From a virus (lineage: Duplodnaviria > Caudoviricetes): a DNA stretch of 45,652 nt. Both the position numbers and the translations under genes were made by a program. Below, piece by piece: positions 9,468 to 18,007 of this stretch; within the stretch, counting starts at the first letter, position 1; each line of letters opens with the position of its first letter. The notes under the pieces are model-generated. The model was not told the DNA's origin. It did no database searches and saw only the letters and a program-made list of their open reading frames with translations. The stretch is from positions 1 to 45,652 of IMG/VR virus record IMGVR_UViG_3300005325_000007; one strand, given 5' to 3'.

Positions 9468-10491
9468 TTATTGGAAGAACCGGTTCACCCAGCTTGAAGC
9501 ATCGCAGAATCAGAAAGGATTGGATTATTATGCCACCCTAGAGCGTGAATTTGAAAAAGCGGCCCAAAAGGCAGATAAAGAACTGGCTGCCTGGTATTCC
9601 CGATACGCCACGAATGAAGGAATAACCCTTGATGAAGCCAAACGCCAGTTAAATGCCAGGGAATTGTCTGAGTTCCGAATGTCAGTTGACGAGTACATTA
9701 AAAAGGGGAAGACCCTGAACTACTCTGATAAATGGGCCAAAGAACTGGAACGGGCGTCTGTTAAATTTCATGTCACCCGGCTTGAAGCCCTGAAACTGCA
9801 AATGCAGCAGCAGGTCGAAACGGCCTACGGTTATGAGTTGGACACCTTTGATCAGTTCATCTCTGACCAGTACAAAACCGGATATTATAAAACGGCCTTT
9901 GAAGTCCAGAAAGGCTTAGGCGTCGGAATTGACCTGATGAAACTGGACGACAAGAAGATAACCAAGCTGATTGCAAAACCATGGGCGCCAGATGGTCAGA
10001 ACTTTTCGTCGAGAATCTGGCGGGATAAAAGTAAACTCATGACTGAACTACCTACAATTCTCACTCAGGCGACGATTAACGGCGAAAGCTATTCGCAGAC
10101 AACCAAAACCATCATGGATCGTTTTAATGTCTCAAAATCGCAGGCGAAAAACTTGGTTATTACGGAGTCTGCTTTTTTCAGTTCTGAAGCACAGACGGAC
10201 TGTTTCAATAATCTAGGTGTTCCGGAATACGAGATCATCGCGACGCTAGATTCTAAGACATCTGACATTTGTCAAATGATGGATGGAAAAGTGTTCGCTA
10301 TGAAAGACCGTGAATCTGGTGTTACATCGCCACCATTCCACGGCCGTTGCAGATCAACTTCAGCGCCGAGTTTTAATGATGAATTTGAAATAGGAGCCAG
10401 CAGAGCTGCCCGGGGAACCGACGGCAAGACTTATAATGTTCCGGCTGACATGAAATATGAAGACTGGTTTAAGAACAGAGTAAAGGAGTAG
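9454..10491 (+). CDS. Minor head protein, SPP1 gp7/MuF family
   Basis: YWKNRF N-terminus; ATLDSKTSDICQMMDG..PPFHGRCRS. Confidence 0.9.
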   Translation: MKQTDYWKNRFTQLEASQNQKGLDYYATLEREFEKAAQKADKELAAWYSRYATNEGITLDEAKRQLNARELSEFRMSVDEYIKKGKTLNYSDKWAKELERASVKFHVTRLEALKLQMQQQVETAYGYELDTFDQFISDQYKTGYYKTAFEVQKGLGVGIDLMKLDDKKITKLIAKPWAPDGQNFSSRIWRDKSKLMTELPTILTQATINGESYSQTTKTIMDRFNVSKSQAKNLVITESAFFSSEAQTDCFNNLGVPEYEIIATLDSKTSDICQMMDGKVFAMKDRESGVTSPPFHGRCRSTSAPSFNDEFEIGASRAARGTDGKTYNVPADMKYEDWFKNRVKE

Positions 10492-10494
10492 ACC

Positions 10495-10614
10495 ATGCAT
10501 CACTACATTACGAAATATTGGGAAGACGGCATTCATTATGCTGTTTCATGGTTCCAGATTAATATTTTCGACTGGTGTTTTTGTTTATGGCAGCGAAAAA
10601 TAGTTATTCCATAG
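10495..10614 (+). CDS. Small hypothetical protein (39 aa, MHHYITKYWEDG...)
   Basis: AAGGAG RBS; clean ORF read manually. Confidence 0.6.
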   Translation: MHHYITKYWEDGIHYAVSWFQINIFDWCFCLWQRKIVIP

Positions 10615-10627
10615 GGGGCAAAAATTA

Positions 10628-10774
10628 ATGCTGGCCGTAAAAATTATATTGGCACTAATTGAATTAATGATATTCGGCCTAATGATCTGGCACGGTTTCG
10701 TTTTTAAGATCGGCTCATTTATCGCTTTAGAAATTTACCCGATGAGTCGATTTTTCAAAAAGAAGGAGAAATAA
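10628..10774 (+). CDS. Small membrane protein (48 aa)
   Basis: GGGGG RBS-like sequence; hydrophobic N-terminal half; read manually. Confidence 0.5.
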   Translation: MLAVKIILALIELMIFGLMIWHGFVFKIGSFIALEIYPMSRFFKKKEK

Positions 10775-10776
10775 CG

Positions 10777-10965
10777 ATGGCTAATAAAGGATTAAATTAT
10801 ATCGCTGTTACGGACAGCGAAACAGGTGAGCTGCTGGGGTTTGTAAACCTAACAGACGGCGAAACAATTCAGGCGGATGGAGTCGATATCCGAATGGGGT
10901 ATGGTGAACCTGAGTTTATTGATCGTGGCGGTAAAGTTTTTATGAGGCTTGAGGATCATGAATGA
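10777..10965 (+). CDS. Hypothetical protein
   Basis: AAGGAG RBS; packed tightly in the operon. Confidence 0.6.
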   Translation: MANKGLNYIAVTDSETGELLGFVNLTDGETIQADGVDIRMGYGEPEFIDRGGKVFMRLEDHE

Positions 10966-11176
10966 TTGCATTCACTCAATGTGCCAGCATAATCGGGATG
11001 GAGCCTGTCTTGATCCAGCGCTAAAAGATCCCTACAAACAAACAGGGTGTCTGTTGTATGTCGGGGTCAATTATACAGATTACCCCAAAGATGAAAGTTG
11101 TAAGTTTTGCATAGATCGGTGGGGCTGCAAGTATAAAGAGAACGGTATTTGCCAGAGAGAAGGAGAAGCGAAATGA
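10958..11176 (+). CDS. Cys-rich hypothetical protein
   Basis: GAGG RBS; overlaps neighbouring genes. Confidence 0.55.
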   Translation: MNDCIHSMCQHNRDGACLDPALKDPYKQTGCLLYVGVNYTDYPKDESCKFCIDRWGCKYKENGICQREGEAK

Positions 11177-11514
11177 GTAAAGAGAAAACGTGCAAAACTT
11201 GCGAGCATGACGGTGAATCTATGCAGGGTCCTTGTGGCTCTTGCATAAGAACCCACTACGCCCACAGTTCGGACAATTGGAAAAAAAAGGAAAAAAATAA
11301 AATGACATTAAAAGAATTATTTATAAACGCCGCAAATGGAGCTGAAAATTGTAAGGTGATCTTGGGAATAAGAATGCCTGACGGAACAAAGGAAATGATC
11401 ATAAATGACAATGTAAAAAACAAAGTCGATTATGTGTGCGGGAAGTATGATGACGATCTTAAAATGATCGGCGCACCGATTTACATTGAGGAATTCTTAT
11501 TCATTAAGAAGTAG
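11173..11514 (+). CDS. Hypothetical protein (N-terminal CxxC pairs)
   Basis: AGGAG RBS; ATGA overlap with upstream stop. Confidence 0.6.
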   Translation: MSKEKTCKTCEHDGESMQGPCGSCIRTHYAHSSDNWKKKEKNKMTLKELFINAANGAENCKVILGIRMPDGTKEMIINDNVKNKVDYVCGKYDDDLKMIGAPIYIEEFLFIKK

Positions 11515-11543
11515 CACCGCACCTTAACCGGTGCTTTTTTATT
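11513..11543 (+). terminator. Intrinsic terminator
   Basis: AGCACCG...CGGTGCT stem followed by a T tract. Confidence 0.65.
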
Positions 11544-11692
11544 GTCCAAATCCAATAGCAAAGGAAGTGGTCGATAATCTCCCTCAGAGCCGGGGTTACG
11601 GCTCCACTGCCCTTTTATACGTTGCAGGGCATAAAGAACAACCGAATCCAGCTGGCAGCGACCAGCATAAAAAGCTATGGAGGATATAACAG

Positions 11693-12298
11693 ATGGAATG
11701 GTTAAAGAAATTATTAGAAGCAGCAAAGATCAATGAAGGTGTTATTGATATAGATGGATTAATGGCCCAGGTTAACGCAGAGTTCCCAAAACAGGCAGTT
11801 CCGAAGGAAACCTTTAATGCTGTCAGCAACGACCTGAAACAGGCAAAAAAAGACATCGTAACCAGAGACACCCAGTTACAAGAGCTGAAAGATTCTGCCG
11901 GCGATATTGAAACCCTGAAGACGACTATTGAAACGATGGCGCAGGAAAACACCAAGGCAGAAGCGAAGTACCAGGAAGAAATCAAGCAGATCAAACTGAA
12001 TAATGCAATTGAAAAAGCGTTATCCGGGGCGAAAGCAAAGAACCTCAGAGCGGTAAAGGCCCTGCTGGACATGGAAAAAGTCGAACTTGACGGGGATAAC
12101 CTCAAAGGACTTGACGACCAGATCACAGCATTGACGACCGGCGAAGATTCCAAGTTTTTGTTTGATGTTGTAGAAGACGCGAAGCCCACTTTCAAAGGGA
12201 TTAACCCCGCTGATGGTGGAGACGGACCTCCTAAGAACTTAGGCAACCCGGCAAACCCCACGTACGAGGAATTATGCGCAATTCTACCCAAAGAATAA
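11693..12298 (+). CDS. Capsid scaffolding protein (Phage_GP20-like)
   Basis: MEWLKKLLE start; coiled coil; AKAKNLRAVKALLD..GLDDQI; precedes the capsid gene. Confidence 0.88.
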   Translation: MEWLKKLLEAAKINEGVIDIDGLMAQVNAEFPKQAVPKETFNAVSNDLKQAKKDIVTRDTQLQELKDSAGDIETLKTTIETMAQENTKAEAKYQEEIKQIKLNNAIEKALSGAKAKNLRAVKALLDMEKVELDGDNLKGLDDQITALTTGEDSKFLFDVVEDAKPTFKGINPADGGDGPPKNLGNPANPTYEELCAILPKE

Positions 12299-12322
12299 AA
12301 AAATTAAAAGGAGATTTAACTT

Positions 12323-13714
12323 ATGAGTAAATTTGATTCTAAATCATTCAACCCCCAAGCGTTTGGGAAGTATGTTGAAAAAGTCCCCAATCTGAAAAGA
12401 AACGAGCTGCTGAAATCCAGAGCATTGACACCCAATGCTGAGATCAGAGACCTGTTTAATTCCCAAACAACCACCGCTTACGGGATTATTCCCATGTTTG
12501 GCAACCTTGGCGGCGAGGCCCTGAACTACGACGGTCAGACCGACATTACGTCAACCAACACTGCCACTTTTGAGCGAGGCGTGGTTGTCTTTGGCCGGGC
12601 AAAAGCTTGGACCGAAAAGGATTTTTCCGAAGATATCACCGGCGGCGTGAAATTCATGTCAAATGTCGGTAATCAGGTAGCTGGTTACTGGGAAGAAGTG
12701 GACCAGGAAGTATTGTTATCCATGATCAAAGGTATTTATGCCACAACTGATCCCGGGAGTGCTGTATTTAAAACCAACCACACCTACGAAATCGCAACAG
12801 CTGTTGGCGCTTCAACGCTTAACTCAGCGATCCAGAAAGCCTGTGGCCAGAACAAAGATAAATTCCAGATCGTATTGATGCACTCTGTTGTAGCAACAAA
12901 TCTGGAAAACTTAGGATTGTTGGAGTACATGAAGTACACCGACGCCAATGGAATCCAGCGATCACTGAACATTGCGACCTGGAATGGCCGGACCGTCTTA
13001 GTTGACGATTCCATGCCAGTTCGTGAAGTTCCTGCAGTTGATGCTGTATCCGCTGTTACTGGCGTTCCCGGAGTGTACACATTGGCGGTTACTACTAAAG
13101 CAATCGCAGGCGACGCCTTAACACTGGGTGAAAAAACCTATGTTTGCGGAACAACCGACGGTTGGGATGCCGGGGCGAACGTTACAGCCGATGCAACCGC
13201 GTTAAAAGCCTTATTGGCTGTTGACTTCCCTCAATACGCCATTGGTGGCACTGGTGGATCTATCACCCTGACCCAAAAGGTCGCATTATCTGAAAATGTA
13301 CCGACCCTGATCGTTAATAAAAATGATACCGCTGGTACGCTGGTCGCAACCATCACTGAAACAACCGAAGGCGTAACTGCGGTTGCTGCTGTCGCTGCTG
13401 CTGCTGCCTATACCGAGTACACGACCTACACCATGGGTCTAGGAGCGTTCGACTATGAAGATATCGGCGCAAAAGTGGCTTATGAAATGGATCGAGATCC
13501 TAAAGTTAATGGCGGCGAGGACACCCTTTACAGCCGTCAACGAAAATGCCTGGCTCCTTATGGTTTCTCGTACAAAAAAGCAGTACAGGCCACACTATCC
13601 CCAACAAATGCCGAATTTGAAAACGGCGCTAACTGGGAACTGGTTAACGATGGCGCTGGAACCTATTTCGACCACAAAGCGATCCCAATTGCACGAATTC
13701 TTTCAAGAGGCTAA
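12323..13714 (+). CDS. Major capsid protein with ~128-aa internal insertion
   Basis: FDSKSFNPQAFGKY, NYDGQTDI, GRAKAWTEKDF, RDPKVNGGEDTLYSRQR and HKAIPIARILSRG; follows the scaffold gene. Confidence 0.88.
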   Translation: MSKFDSKSFNPQAFGKYVEKVPNLKRNELLKSRALTPNAEIRDLFNSQTTTAYGIIPMFGNLGGEALNYDGQTDITSTNTATFERGVVVFGRAKAWTEKDFSEDITGGVKFMSNVGNQVAGYWEEVDQEVLLSMIKGIYATTDPGSAVFKTNHTYEIATAVGASTLNSAIQKACGQNKDKFQIVLMHSVVATNLENLGLLEYMKYTDANGIQRSLNIATWNGRTVLVDDSMPVREVPAVDAVSAVTGVPGVYTLAVTTKAIAGDALTLGEKTYVCGTTDGWDAGANVTADATALKALLAVDFPQYAIGGTGGSITLTQKVALSENVPTLIVNKNDTAGTLVATITETTEGVTAVAAVAAAAAYTEYTTYTMGLGAFDYEDIGAKVAYEMDRDPKVNGGEDTLYSRQRKCLAPYGFSYKKAVQATLSPTNAEFENGANWELVNDGAGTYFDHKAIPIARILSRG

Positions 13715-13746
13715 TAACAGCATCTTTTTTAACGAGAGGTTAAGTT

Positions 13747-14082
13747 ATGGATATTGAAAAATTAAAACTGCTTTTGGGGATTACTGGTGGTGATAAGGAT
13801 TTCGCCTTGCAATTTTGCTTAGGCAATACTACCGAGGCGATTCTTAATTACTGCAATCTGGAAGAACTGCCGGCAGGACTTGAAAACACGGCTTACCGAA
13901 TGGCCATGGATCTTTACCGGGGTGAAAACTTTGGTTCTGTGGCCCCTGACGGCGGCTTAATTGCTAGTCAATCCGAGGGTGATACTTCTGTTAGTTTCCG
14001 GGTTAATGAGACCTTCACAAAGTCTTTGCTTAAGAATTACTATTCTCAGCTTAATCGCTACAGGGTATTGACATGGATATGA
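13747..14082 (+). CDS. Head-tail connector protein
   Basis: KLKLLLG..ILNYCN..P.GL..SEGDTSVSF..QLNRYR; position after capsid. Confidence 0.8.
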   Translation: MDIEKLKLLLGITGGDKDFALQFCLGNTTEAILNYCNLEELPAGLENTAYRMAMDLYRGENFGSVAPDGGLIASQSEGDTSVSFRVNETFTKSLLKNYYSQLNRYRVLTWI

Positions 14083-14429
14083 GACAAGCGGTCGAAAGTC
14101 GCTATACCGGTAAATGCACCGTAACCGAAATGCAGGGCATTAAAGAGCCAGGGACAAACATCTTGAAGCAGACACCGGTGATTGTCCTGACCGATCAGCC
14201 TTGCAAAATGACACACAAATCATTAGACACCACTACTGTTGTAAATGGCGTGGCGGTACAATCGCAATCAATCAAGCTGTTGATTTCCCCGGATATTGAA
14301 ATCAAGCCGGGATCTAAAGTAACAATTACCCAGGATGGCAGGACGGCAGACTTTAAAAGGTCTGGCCTTCCTGCTGTCTATCCATCCCACCAGGAGATAT
14401 CGTTAGTAATTTTCGATAAGTATGGTTGA
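14073..14429 (+). CDS. Head closure/adaptor protein
   Basis: Position; IKPGSKVTITQ..SG.PAVY.SHQEI. Confidence 0.7.
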   Translation: MDMRQAVESRYTGKCTVTEMQGIKEPGTNILKQTPVIVLTDQPCKMTHKSLDTTTVVNGVAVQSQSIKLLISPDIEIKPGSKVTITQDGRTADFKRSGLPAVYPSHQEISLVIFDKYG

Positions 14430-14910
14430 TATGGGAAAGAATGTTGATTACAAGCAGTTTGAGCAATTCAAAAAGAAGCTGGAAAAGACTTTAAGCGATG
14501 ATTCAAGGCAGAAGTTCATGGAAGATTGCGCTAAAGAGTTGGCCGCCCGGTTATTGTCCAGGGTGATTAAAAAAACACCTGTTGGAAAAGAAGACGGCGG
14601 AACTTTAAGACGTGGCTGGACTGGCGGTGTTGAGAATACCAGCGAAAAGGGAAATACCATCGGGGTAGGTGGCAAGAACGGTGCTGCGTCACAGATTAAT
14701 GTGGTTTACCGCAACGGGGAATATCGCTGTGCTATTTTCAACCCGGTCTATTATGCTTCTTATGTTGAGTATGGCCACCGGACACCGAGCCATGACGGCT
14801 GGGTAGATGGCCAGTTCTTCTTAACGATCAGCGAGAAGGAAGTCAATGCTCTGGCCCCGGCACTACTTGAAAAGCGGTTAGTGCAGTACATGAAGGAGGG
14901 CTTCAAATGA
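14422..14910 (+). CDS. HK97 gp10-family neck protein
   Basis: TPVG..GGTLRRGW..NPVYYASYVEYGHRT..WVDGQF. Confidence 0.85.
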   Translation: MVDMGKNVDYKQFEQFKKKLEKTLSDDSRQKFMEDCAKELAARLLSRVIKKTPVGKEDGGTLRRGWTGGVENTSEKGNTIGVGGKNGAASQINVVYRNGEYRCAIFNPVYYASYVEYGHRTPSHDGWVDGQFFLTISEKEVNALAPALLEKRLVQYMKEGFK

Positions 14911-15326
14911 TTGATCAGATTATTACAGGCATGGCCACGACGATTGCCGGACTTTATCCGGATGCGATGGTTATTTGTCCCGATCCAGTTGAACAAGGTT
15001 TAGTCGAACCGGCGTTTTATATCCACTGCATTGACGTGGATCAGAGGGATCGAATCGCTGGGGGGTTTGTTCACTCCATGCCTTTTGAGGTGGTCTATTT
15101 CCCGTCAAATGGCTTGGCTGATATCTATACGACCATCCAAACACTAACCCCCGCATTAAGGCTCCTGACGCTCCCTGACGGTACCAAGATCAGAGGGATT
15201 GAGATCAGCGGAAAGCCGATTGATGGAGTCGGTCATATTTTTGTGACTTATGACGCCACGCTCTACGTTCAAGGGCCGCCAGTGGCGAAAATGCAAACAA
15301 TCGAAATTACGGAAAGGATAAAATAA
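14907..15326 (+). CDS. Tail terminator-like protein
   Basis: Position before the sheath gene; VEQGLVEPAFYI motif. Confidence 0.7.
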   Translation: MIDQIITGMATTIAGLYPDAMVICPDPVEQGLVEPAFYIHCIDVDQRDRIAGGFVHSMPFEVVYFPSNGLADIYTTIQTLTPALRLLTLPDGTKIRGIEISGKPIDGVGHIFVTYDATLYVQGPPVAKMQTIEITERIK

Positions 15327-15515
15327 ATGGCTACTAAAAAAACAGTCGAGGAAATCCCGGCTGAAAACAGATTTACAAAACAACAATTGATAAAGTCTAA
15401 GAAATACGCCCCTAAAGCTGATGTTTTGGGGGCTGTTTTATTGGATTCTGAAACCTACACAACCAGCGAGGTTGACAAGCTGGTTGATAAATTCTTGAAA
15501 GGTAAGGTGAACTAA
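15327..15515 (+). CDS. Small pre-sheath protein
   Basis: FTKQQLIKSKKY..Y...EVDKL..FLKG; TAATG coupling to the sheath gene. Confidence 0.7.
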   Translation: MATKKTVEEIPAENRFTKQQLIKSKKYAPKADVLGAVLLDSETYTTSEVDKLVDKFLKGKVN

Positions 15516-16834
15516 TGGCACTAGGAGGCGGAACTTTTACAGCCTATAATAAAACACTCCCCGGGGCGTACATTAACGCGATCAGCGCCAAACGGGCGGC
15601 TGCAGGGGCATCAACCAGAGGGGTTGCGGCAATGCCGTTACTGCTGGATTGGGGGCCAAGTGGCGAGGTGTTCGAGGTGACACAGGAACAGTTTTTATCT
15701 GTGACTGAATGTGCTGAGATTTTCGGGTATGCGAATACTCACGCAAATATGAAAAACTTACGGGAGTTATTCGCAAATGCAATTAAGGTTTATTGTTACC
15801 GCTTAAATGGTGGTGGCGTTAAGGCTGAAAATACTTTTGCTACGGCGAAATATGCCGGGACCCGGGGAAATGATTTTAAGATTGCAATTGCAGTAAACGT
15901 GGACGATGAAGACAAGTTTGATGTCAAAACGCTGATTGATGATGTGGTTTATGAGACTCAAACTGTTGCAGCAGCCACAGCGTTGATTAGTAATGCTTTC
16001 GTTGACTTCAAAACAGGTGCAACGCTGGCAGCAAATGCGGGGCTGGCCTTAGTCGGCGGTACCAATGTAACCACCATCACCGGCGAGATCTTTTCGACAT
16101 TTTTGTCGAAATTGGAGCAGTATTCATTTAACGCACTTGGTTGTCCATCCGCAGATACCGCGATTCACGCCTTGTTTGATAATTACACTAAACGGCTGCG
16201 GGATGATATGGGGATTAAATTCCAGACGATCCGGCCCAAATCAGCAACGGCCATCGACTATGAGGGCGTGATTCAGATCGCCAATGCGATTGTTGCCACT
16301 AGCCCGACCGGTTATGAGTTGGTATTTTACACGACCGGCGCACAAGCAGCTTGTGCAATTACGGACAGTTTACTTAATTCGACCTATACCGGCGAGTATA
16401 CGATTAATACCGACTATACGCAGACAGAATTGGCGGCATTTATTACCGGTGGTGTTTATGCCTACCACCGAACCGGCGCCGTTGTATCGGTGCTTGATGA
16501 TATTAACAGCTTCACATCTTTTGTAGATGGCAAAGAAAAAGATTTTGCTGAAAACCAGGTTATTCGAGTTCTTGACCATATCGCCATTGAGGTAGGGTCA
16601 CTAATTTTTAACTCAAAATACTTGGGCAAAATTGATGGCGATAAAGATGGTCAAGTGAGTTTATGGAACGACATCGTAAAACAGCACGCGTCCATGGGCA
16701 AGGCCATCAAGAACTTTGACCCTGCTGATATTGTAGTCACTGGGAATGAGGCTGGAGATCAGGTATATGTCAATGATGCCGTCACCCCAAACAAAGCAAT
16801 GCGTCAGCTGTACATGACCGTTGTGGTTAATTAA
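15515..16834 (+). CDS. Contractile tail sheath protein (XkdK-like)
   Basis: MALGGGTF..NKTLPGAYIN, AKYAGTRGN and NQVIRVLD motifs. Confidence 0.92.
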   Translation: MALGGGTFTAYNKTLPGAYINAISAKRAAAGASTRGVAAMPLLLDWGPSGEVFEVTQEQFLSVTECAEIFGYANTHANMKNLRELFANAIKVYCYRLNGGGVKAENTFATAKYAGTRGNDFKIAIAVNVDDEDKFDVKTLIDDVVYETQTVAAATALISNAFVDFKTGATLAANAGLALVGGTNVTTITGEIFSTFLSKLEQYSFNALGCPSADTAIHALFDNYTKRLRDDMGIKFQTIRPKSATAIDYEGVIQIANAIVATSPTGYELVFYTTGAQAACAITDSLLNSTYTGEYTINTDYTQTELAAFITGGVYAYHRTGAVVSVLDDINSFTSFVDGKEKDFAENQVIRVLDHIAIEVGSLIFNSKYLGKIDGDKDGQVSLWNDIVKQHASMGKAIKNFDPADIVVTGNEAGDQVYVNDAVTPNKAMRQLYMTVVVN

Positions 16835-16846
16835 GGAGGTCGAAAA

Positions 16847-17347
16847 ATGAAGAAACCTATGGATTTACAACTATTTGCAGAGACATTGATGCGCGCCCAG
16901 GATTCGATTTCTGGTGCGACCGCTAAATGTTTTGTGACGATTGGCGCGGACCGGTACAATTTTATGAACGCGATTAGCCTTGAGGCATCGTTTGAAAAGT
17001 CGAAAGAAGAAGTTCCTATTTTGGGTCGGATCTCTAAGGGTAATAAGGCCGTTGGCGGTAAGGGGTCCGGATCGATGGAAGTACACTATAATACTTCTAT
17101 TATGCGAAAACTGATGATTCACTACATGAATACCGGCGAGGATTTTTATTTTGACGCACAGGTAACAAATGAAGACCCAACATCGGCAGCAGGCCGTCAG
17201 ACCGTCATCTTACAGGATTGCAACCTTGATTCATCAATTATTACGCAGTTTGATGCTGATGCGACCTATTTGACTGAATCATTAGATTTTACATTCGAAA
17301 AAGTAACAATGCCCGAAGAATTTACAATTCTTGCGGGGATGCTGTAA
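16847..17347 (+). CDS. Tail tube protein (XkdM-like)
   Basis: QVTNEDPTSAAGRQTVILQDCNLD..DFTFE; follows the sheath gene. Confidence 0.9.
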   Translation: MKKPMDLQLFAETLMRAQDSISGATAKCFVTIGADRYNFMNAISLEASFEKSKEEVPILGRISKGNKAVGGKGSGSMEVHYNTSIMRKLMIHYMNTGEDFYFDAQVTNEDPTSAAGRQTVILQDCNLDSSIITQFDADATYLTESLDFTFEKVTMPEEFTILAGML

Positions 17348-17393
17348 GAGACGCATTAAGCGTCTCTTTTTAATTTGAAAGGAAGTAATAGAC

Positions 17394-17819
17394 ATGGCAG
17401 ATAACTTAAAAGCCTTTATGGTGAAAAACAGAGCGATCAAGGAACCGACTAAATACCCCGCATCGGTCGATTTTAAGGGCGAAAACGGCGAACCGATGGA
17501 ATGGGTGCTTAGACCGGTGACCCCTGAGAGAAACGACCAATTGTTGAGCGAGGCAGTATTCCCTGATATCGACGCAAAAGGAAACCCTATCACGAAATTT
17601 AAGGAGGGCGAGTATCGAAAAAATCTGATGGTTGAGTCGGTTATTTTCCCAAACTTAAATGATGCAGAGTTGCAGAATTTTTACAATGTTATGGAGCCAG
17701 GGGCGTTGTTAAACGCAATGCTGAACATTAAAGAGTATAAGAATCTATTCGCCAAGATCCAAGAAGTAAACGGCTTTACCGCCATCACGAAGGAAAAGGT
17801 CGACGAAGCAAAAAACTAA
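17394..17819 (+). CDS. Tail assembly chaperone (XkdN-like)
   Basis: VIFPNLNDAELQNFY..VDEAKN; position between tube and tape measure. Confidence 0.85.
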   Translation: MADNLKAFMVKNRAIKEPTKYPASVDFKGENGEPMEWVLRPVTPERNDQLLSEAVFPDIDAKGNPITKFKEGEYRKNLMVESVIFPNLNDAELQNFYNVMEPGALLNAMLNIKEYKNLFAKIQEVNGFTAITKEKVDEAKN

Positions 17820-18007
17820 TTGAGGGTGGCGACCCAGATGCAAATTACGCCATATTCGTATTAAGAGAATACCACATCCTCCCTGCCGATTTCATGGCAA
17901 TGGATGCGTGGGAAAAAACCTTAATCATGGCGGCGGTTGATCTGGAAGTTAAAGCCCGGAAGAAAGCTGAAAAAGAACGCAAAAAGAAAGGAGGGAAAAA
18001 ACGGTGA
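17816..18007 (+). CDS. -1 frameshift extension of the tail chaperone (gpGT-like)
   Basis: Slippery A-AAA-AAC at 17810-17816; the -1 frame reads LIEGGDPDANYAIFVLREYHILPADF... and is open to TGA at 18007. Confidence 0.8.
   Translation, partial: LIEGGDPDANYAIFVLREYHILPADFMAMDAWEKTLIMAAVDLEVKARKKAEKERKKKGGKKR

Noticed and set aside
11596-12291. 231-aa minus-strand ORF and similar antisense ORFs across the structural operon
   Set aside because: Shadows of well-supported + strand genes.
13711-13719. Self-target of the mini-array spacers (CTAATAACA at the capsid stop)
   Set aside because: Only 9 nt match the shared spacer segment, which is plausible by chance in 45 kb. No longer self-match was noticed, although the by-eye search was not exhaustive.
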